NCBI GenBank assembly: GCA_965216315.1
Contig: CBDCFN010000016.1
Coordinates: 1,568,001-1,632,000 of the forward strand
Direction: 5' to 3'
Origin: a bacterium
Lineage (GTDB): Bacteria > UBA10199 > 2-02-FULL-50-16 > JAJFLM01
Length of the DNA stretch: 64,000 bases
The position numbers were made by a program, and so were the translations under genes. This document shows, piece after piece, positions 61,001 through 64,000 of this stretch. The notes under the pieces are model-generated. The model saw only the letters and a program-made list of their open reading frames with translations. It was not told the origin of the DNA and ran no database searches. How positions within the stretch are numbered: the stretch's first letter is position 1; the number at the start of each line of letters is the position of its first letter.

Positions 61001-64000
61001 ATCACAAAAGTCAGGCGCCACACTCGATCACGAATGGAATCCCATTCCGGTGATTCAACAATACTATTAAACACGTTGTTTAAATGTGCCGCGCGGTCTT
61101 GAATAGGATCTTCTCGACTTGTCGGACCGCGCGCCATCCTGACGGATCCAGAAAAAATCTTATCCGGTACGATAATTTTTATCGTCCTATCATCGCTAAT
61201 GGTCCGGCTATCATCCTTTACTTGTGCGAGTATCGTGCGATACGCGTCTTCGAGAGTTTCCCGGTGAACAATATAATGATAGTGGCATTGGGCGTAACGT
61301 CTATCCCCTTCGACGCGCTTCATATCCTTGACAACAGCGCGACGCAGCTTCGGTGATAGCTGAACGACTTCCGGAATATCATAACCTCGCGCCTCCATCG
61401 GGCGCAGAAACTCTATTTCCGCAGCGAGGTCCTGCACTTCGGGTGTCCAGCGCGTATGCGGCCTCAAGAAGCGCAATAACCGCCCGAGCATGGGATAGGG
61501 AGATCGTGATGTAACGCGAATCAGGGCCTGGCGTTCCGGATCACCTGGATTACGCTGCGCCGCCTCTTCAAATGTCGCGATAAATTGTTGTTCGATGAAA
61601 CGTCGAAACGGACCGCGCGCCAATGGAGCCAACGCAACTAGGTCCTCGACAATCTGCGCCATCGTTCGTGCACTATCTGCATCATAGCGCGGCAAAGCGA
61701 GCACAAAGCCCTCCGCTTTATCTCCCTGGACATAAAGTCGACGTCTCTGTTGTGACTCCAGCACCCCAACCCGCATACCCGCTGTATCGTGGCTTAAAAA
61801 ATGTCCTTCGAGAAGATGTCGTGACCCAAGAGGAAGCTGTCGTGGTTGAAAGGATACCGACTCGACTCGGCGACCACTGTAGTCGAGTAGTTGCAAATGG
61901 AGATTGCGATTTTCTTTCGCGGCACGTTCGACCTTGAGATGGAATAAAAGAGGTACGCTCGCATCCTGCTCTCCATCAAGCCCGCGCCACAAGGGAAACA
62001 AAGTCGCAACCGGCTGCCCATGCTCATACAAGACGACATTATCAATATTAATACGCCCATCGACTTCCGTGATGACAGGCCATACCTCAAACTTCTTGCG
62101 CAAAGCCCGTATGCCGAAAAGTCGATGCCAACGGCCCCGCTGACTCGCTAAAGCATGTGCAAGAGGTCCCGAAGCGATTGAGTCATCTCCACGTAAGAGC
62201 CGTTGATATAATGCAACAGCGCCATCGTCACCGTCTATGACGGTCAAGACCGTATTCCTGAAGCCACTCTGTTCCGGACTCACGACAAACCGATTATCCT
62301 CGTCCGCCCTCGGCGGAAAGCGCTCCATAAGTCCTGCACGTTGGTGGCCCTGTTCTAATAAAACCGGAATCGTTCTGATCAGAGCCAAGCGCTCCGGATC
62401 CAGCAGCGCCCTAAGCTCAGCATCTTGATGAAACGTCTCAAAACGTTGGGGGACAGATTCGGGAAGATTATCCGGTAGCTGCGTCACCCAATCATCATAT
62501 AGTTTGCTTTGCCTGAATGAATCGATCTGACTGAGTGTTCCGCGTAAAGTCACTGCATCGTTGGCATCAACGTCTCGCAACGTCTCATGGAAACGCCACG
62601 GTTTCAGGGCAAAAACCCAGCGTAACAGATGACGCCAAACATATTTGAGGCCCTCTCGTTCTTGCCGACTGGTAGAATTCTGATACTCCTTATCTATTGC
62701 CATCATCTCGGTGACGACATGTGGCAGGGCTTGCACGAGCGCCGCAAGAGCTTGAGGCGTGTGCTCGCGTTGCGCTCGTTCAACGATGCCCACAAGACGG
62801 GTTCGATTGAGTCCCCTCTCCAGGAGAGCCGGCATATCCACTCCCCAACGAACGTGGCTTCGTACCATACGTTCTGCGGCACTACTGCGGCCACTCCGAA
62901 ATGGCGTTGTTGTACCGCGACGATGCGTCAGCCACATAAAACTGATCGGATAAGTCAGGCCATCGAGCTCTGCATAGAGTTCTTTTGAAAACACCCCACC
63001 CTGCGCTTGGTTTGCTTCAGTAATCCGCTGCATGACGTCTTGCTGAACCGCTGCAGCGACGACAGCGCGAATCAACGAATTAACTTCACTGAACTGATGC
63101 GGTGGCTGAAAAAATTCACTCAAACGTCGTTCATGGAGTTGTAAGACTTGGGCATCCCAACGAAAGCTAACGGCGGGTCGAGCTTCCATCTTAATCGGCT
63201 CATCGCGCGAATCTATTGTCATCAATTCTGTGTAAAGGGCCTTCCCCTCCCAAATGATCTGAAGCGTCATCTCTCCAAGATCATCACAATCTGGAGCTGA
63301 TAACGCACGACCGTAATGCGACCACTCAGCAACGAACTCTGGCCAGGCCATTGCTTTCAATTGCTCAACATCATTCTTCGCGATAAGCCCTCTAAGATAG
63401 CGTTGGACCGCGTGAGCGGCATAGAGACGCACCAATAAATCGCAGCGAGTGACCTGTTTGGGTAATTGAAAGAAGAGCTTGAGGCGCTCTTGGCCAAGAG
63501 GATGCGGTCCAAAGTCATAGGGGCCGAGTCGCGGCAACAGGTGGTCTCCATTGAGCCATGTGTCGGCACCCTGAGTGAGGCGAACAACATAACTCTCTTC
63601 AGCCTCACTTGACCCTGTCTCTGCAGCGATTTCCGGATAGATAAAGGAAGGAACAATCGCACGTCGGGCTCGTGCGAGCTGACCGATAATAGCAACATAT
63701 GTTTTCCCATACTGCGGTGATGTTTCAGCCTGAACCAGCTGAATTGATAAAGCGCTCGCCTCCCGCGCCGCAGCGCGAACCGTGTCGACATCAATAGCAC
63801 GGTCGATACATCCTAATTGTAAGTTAACGAGCGGTAAGAGCTGTCGATTAAATTCATTGGCTTGAGTTATCGAGAAGGACTCACCGTGGAGGAGTGATTC
63901 GGCACGATCAAGGCGGGCGATGAGTTGCGGTCGATGAAGTGTAGCGAGACTCGCACTCGCTAGTTGAAGCGAACCTGATGACAGCCCCTGCAAAGCCTGA
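58042..64000 (-). CDS. giant protein (>1983 aa, 5' truncated) with eukaryote-type ACC central and carboxyltransferase domains
   Basis: Frame is open to the window end. KRR...GGVFVYD, G-x-N-x-x-GV-x-AF...P-x-HP-x-G...VIGNDPT, EYAR-x-x-G-x-P-x-IYLA-x-x-x-GA, GSGL-x-AG, VGIG-x-YL and LLTGADAIN...ELGG motifs. Confidence 0.75.
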   Translation of the reverse strand, partial: QALQGLSSGSLQLASASLATLHRPQLIARLDRAESLLHGESFSITQANEFNRQLLPLVNLQLGCIDRAIDVDTVRAAAREASALSIQLVQAETSPQYGKTYVAIIGQLARARRAIVPSFIYPEIAAETGSSEAEESYVVRLTQGADTWLNGDHLLPRLGPYDFGPHPLGQERLKLFFQLPKQVTRCDLLVRLYAAHAVQRYLRGLIAKNDVEQLKAMAWPEFVAEWSHYGRALSAPDCDDLGEMTLQIIWEGKALYTELMTIDSRDEPIKMEARPAVSFRWDAQVLQLHERRLSEFFQPPHQFSEVNSLIRAVVAAAVQQDVMQRITEANQAQGGVFSKELYAELDGLTYPISFMWLTHRRGTTTPFRSGRSSAAERMVRSHVRWGVDMPALLERGLNRTRLVGIVERAQREHTPQALAALVQALPHVVTEMMAIDKEYQNSTSRQEREGLKYVWRHLLRWVFALKPWRFHETLRDVDANDAVTLRGTLSQIDSFRQSKLYDDWVTQLPDNLPESVPQRFETFHQDAELRALLDPERLALIRTIPVLLEQGHQRAGLMERFPPRADEDNRFVVSPEQSGFRNTVLTVIDGDDGAVALYQRLLRGDDSIASGPLAHALASQRGRWHRLFGIRALRKKFEVWPVITEVDGRINIDNVVLYEHGQPVATLFPLWRGLDGEQDASVPLLFHLKVERAAKENRNLHLQLLDYSGRRVESVSFQPRQLPLGSRHLLEGHFLSHDTAGMRVGVLESQQRRRLYVQGDKAEGFVLALPRYDADSARTMAQIVEDLVALAPLARGPFRRFIEQQFIATFEEAAQRNPGDPERQALIRVTSRSPYPMLGRLLRFLRPHTRWTPEVQDLAAEIEFLRPMEARGYDIPEVVQLSPKLRRAVVKDMKRVEGDRRYAQCHYHYIVHRETLEDAYRTILAQVKDDSRTISDDRTIKIIVPDKIFSGSVRMARGPTSREDPIQDRAAHLNNVFNSIVESPEWDSIRDRVWRLTFVIDRGRGNRPQYVTLRNRVRYDQEKFRLGYHITLPGERSFAVDPALLGIDPAFGHRYGLQRLGNYRHIDYVQPFEVKTALILRLHSSQSDQTSLYMASYLLAPDDALVSKHGRMPGLLRRHRRMSEELHRQLETGEVSQWQRMRIYVEGVQYQTPAVWEELMAAFARESSYDRAGIDLEQLVIQARLEVSLDERMPPRRVTALTFISDTDIGSPLVSVRYIVSAETPSGRRWVLVRRNVLERMLRTGNIHLSPDDDYRDAEEQMEDKSPIDKRRTLAKNLGGVFVYDRVQRLLPEAYEKLWEDVGSPAPPLDMDAIREMYIDDEGLFRIGRRPAGLNPTGVAAFQVRLKLPNHPEGITCVVIGNDPTHPVAKRAAVDIESAKFFWLAMEYARQQGYPPIYLAETPGAQMALPHALIPRHPGQPARLSSDETGEDIYLTAKQVEAVVRALGAASWQEVFKGDWEGAEGQSNFRPCSLLQGGVNQKSLLGSGLTAGAMARAAAEVPTFSAVLGGKGRGRNRVTVVGIGMYLYILARAMRIQRGDPNNELREDEMSAAERALLDGAVMLLTGADAINNIFGQALFFDTIELGGANRMKAEGLTTQVAHSEVDALLAVLKGLDDPANQTIPDITQPYSWEQLSEIVSEVRPFTPRGSNDINARIEASVTRVNQERKELGLPVDPQSGNYDVADELEALFDAGTFNRISDTDHYAIAGMARMSGFPVAGVGAQMIMEFPRDEAGDIQYIDREVYDADGNKLTRKDLNWNPPMTLSPRGAGDLASFIEFMTQHFPWVPIVGDLAASGYDPRSVAGSGQNGARLLSAIVNHPAPVYLWAGPRKKVLGGMKVTVAKELGMKLKVPLEDGTEVDLRKLETLADAGHIKVYADPSSYEAVLDAKGWKGIGFYKATVRQMTHILIEQGRPESEAGILAEKMVDTVIGWMSTLERAEADGSFTAVVSADRIRGVITQELKSWYESEAYERLRSAATPSQ

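Noticed and set aside
63170..63210. EPIKME as a biotin-attachment motif in the giant ORF
   Set aside because: It does not match (A/V)MKM and lacks the surrounding Gly-rich BCCP pattern.
35857..64000. One coherent lipid supercluster (CDP-alcohol transferase, Tes, prenyl synthases, HAD-IB, plsB, thiolase, ACC-like)
   Set aside because: The genes are on mixed strands and interleaved with housekeeping genes. Co-location may be chance without synteny data.

Overview
Gene-dense bacterial chromosome segment (roughly 50% GC by eye). Gene content suggests a deltaproteobacteria-like (Myxococcota/Bdellovibrionota-type) organism; this is inference. No rRNA, tRNA, CRISPR array, integrase or transposase was found. 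From left to right: a truncated N-acyltransferase plus ThiF-nitroreductase pair (oxzAB-like), typA, tag, an SplB-like radical SAM gene, TetR and an orphan RND pump, fluC, a complete Pho/Pst locus with several Pho boxes and two unannotated small ORFs, tldD, pgeF, rluD, pyrKD, rimI, eno, a RelA-fold TIGR04552-like gene coupled to a membrane-anchored Mrr-like gene, a CDP-alcohol phosphotransferase converging on a tetraether-synthase-like radical SAM gene, greA, two squalene/phytoene synthases, a sigma54-driven GEVED lipoprotein, a Rieske/split cytochrome b/octaheme c operon, miaA, plsB, a DnaA-box/REP intergenic region, a thiolase and a truncated >1983-aa protein with eukaryote-type acetyl-CoA carboxylase domains. 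The most unusual signals are the eukaryote-like ACC protein, the Tes homolog, a synonymous-only duplicate of the thiolase 3' end flanking a structured 105-nt insert, a covarying 70-nt repeat present both between genes and in frame inside a cytochrome b subunit, a detached PDN-motif peptide and the Pho-regulated micropeptides. All family calls come from motif recognition by eye, not database searches.
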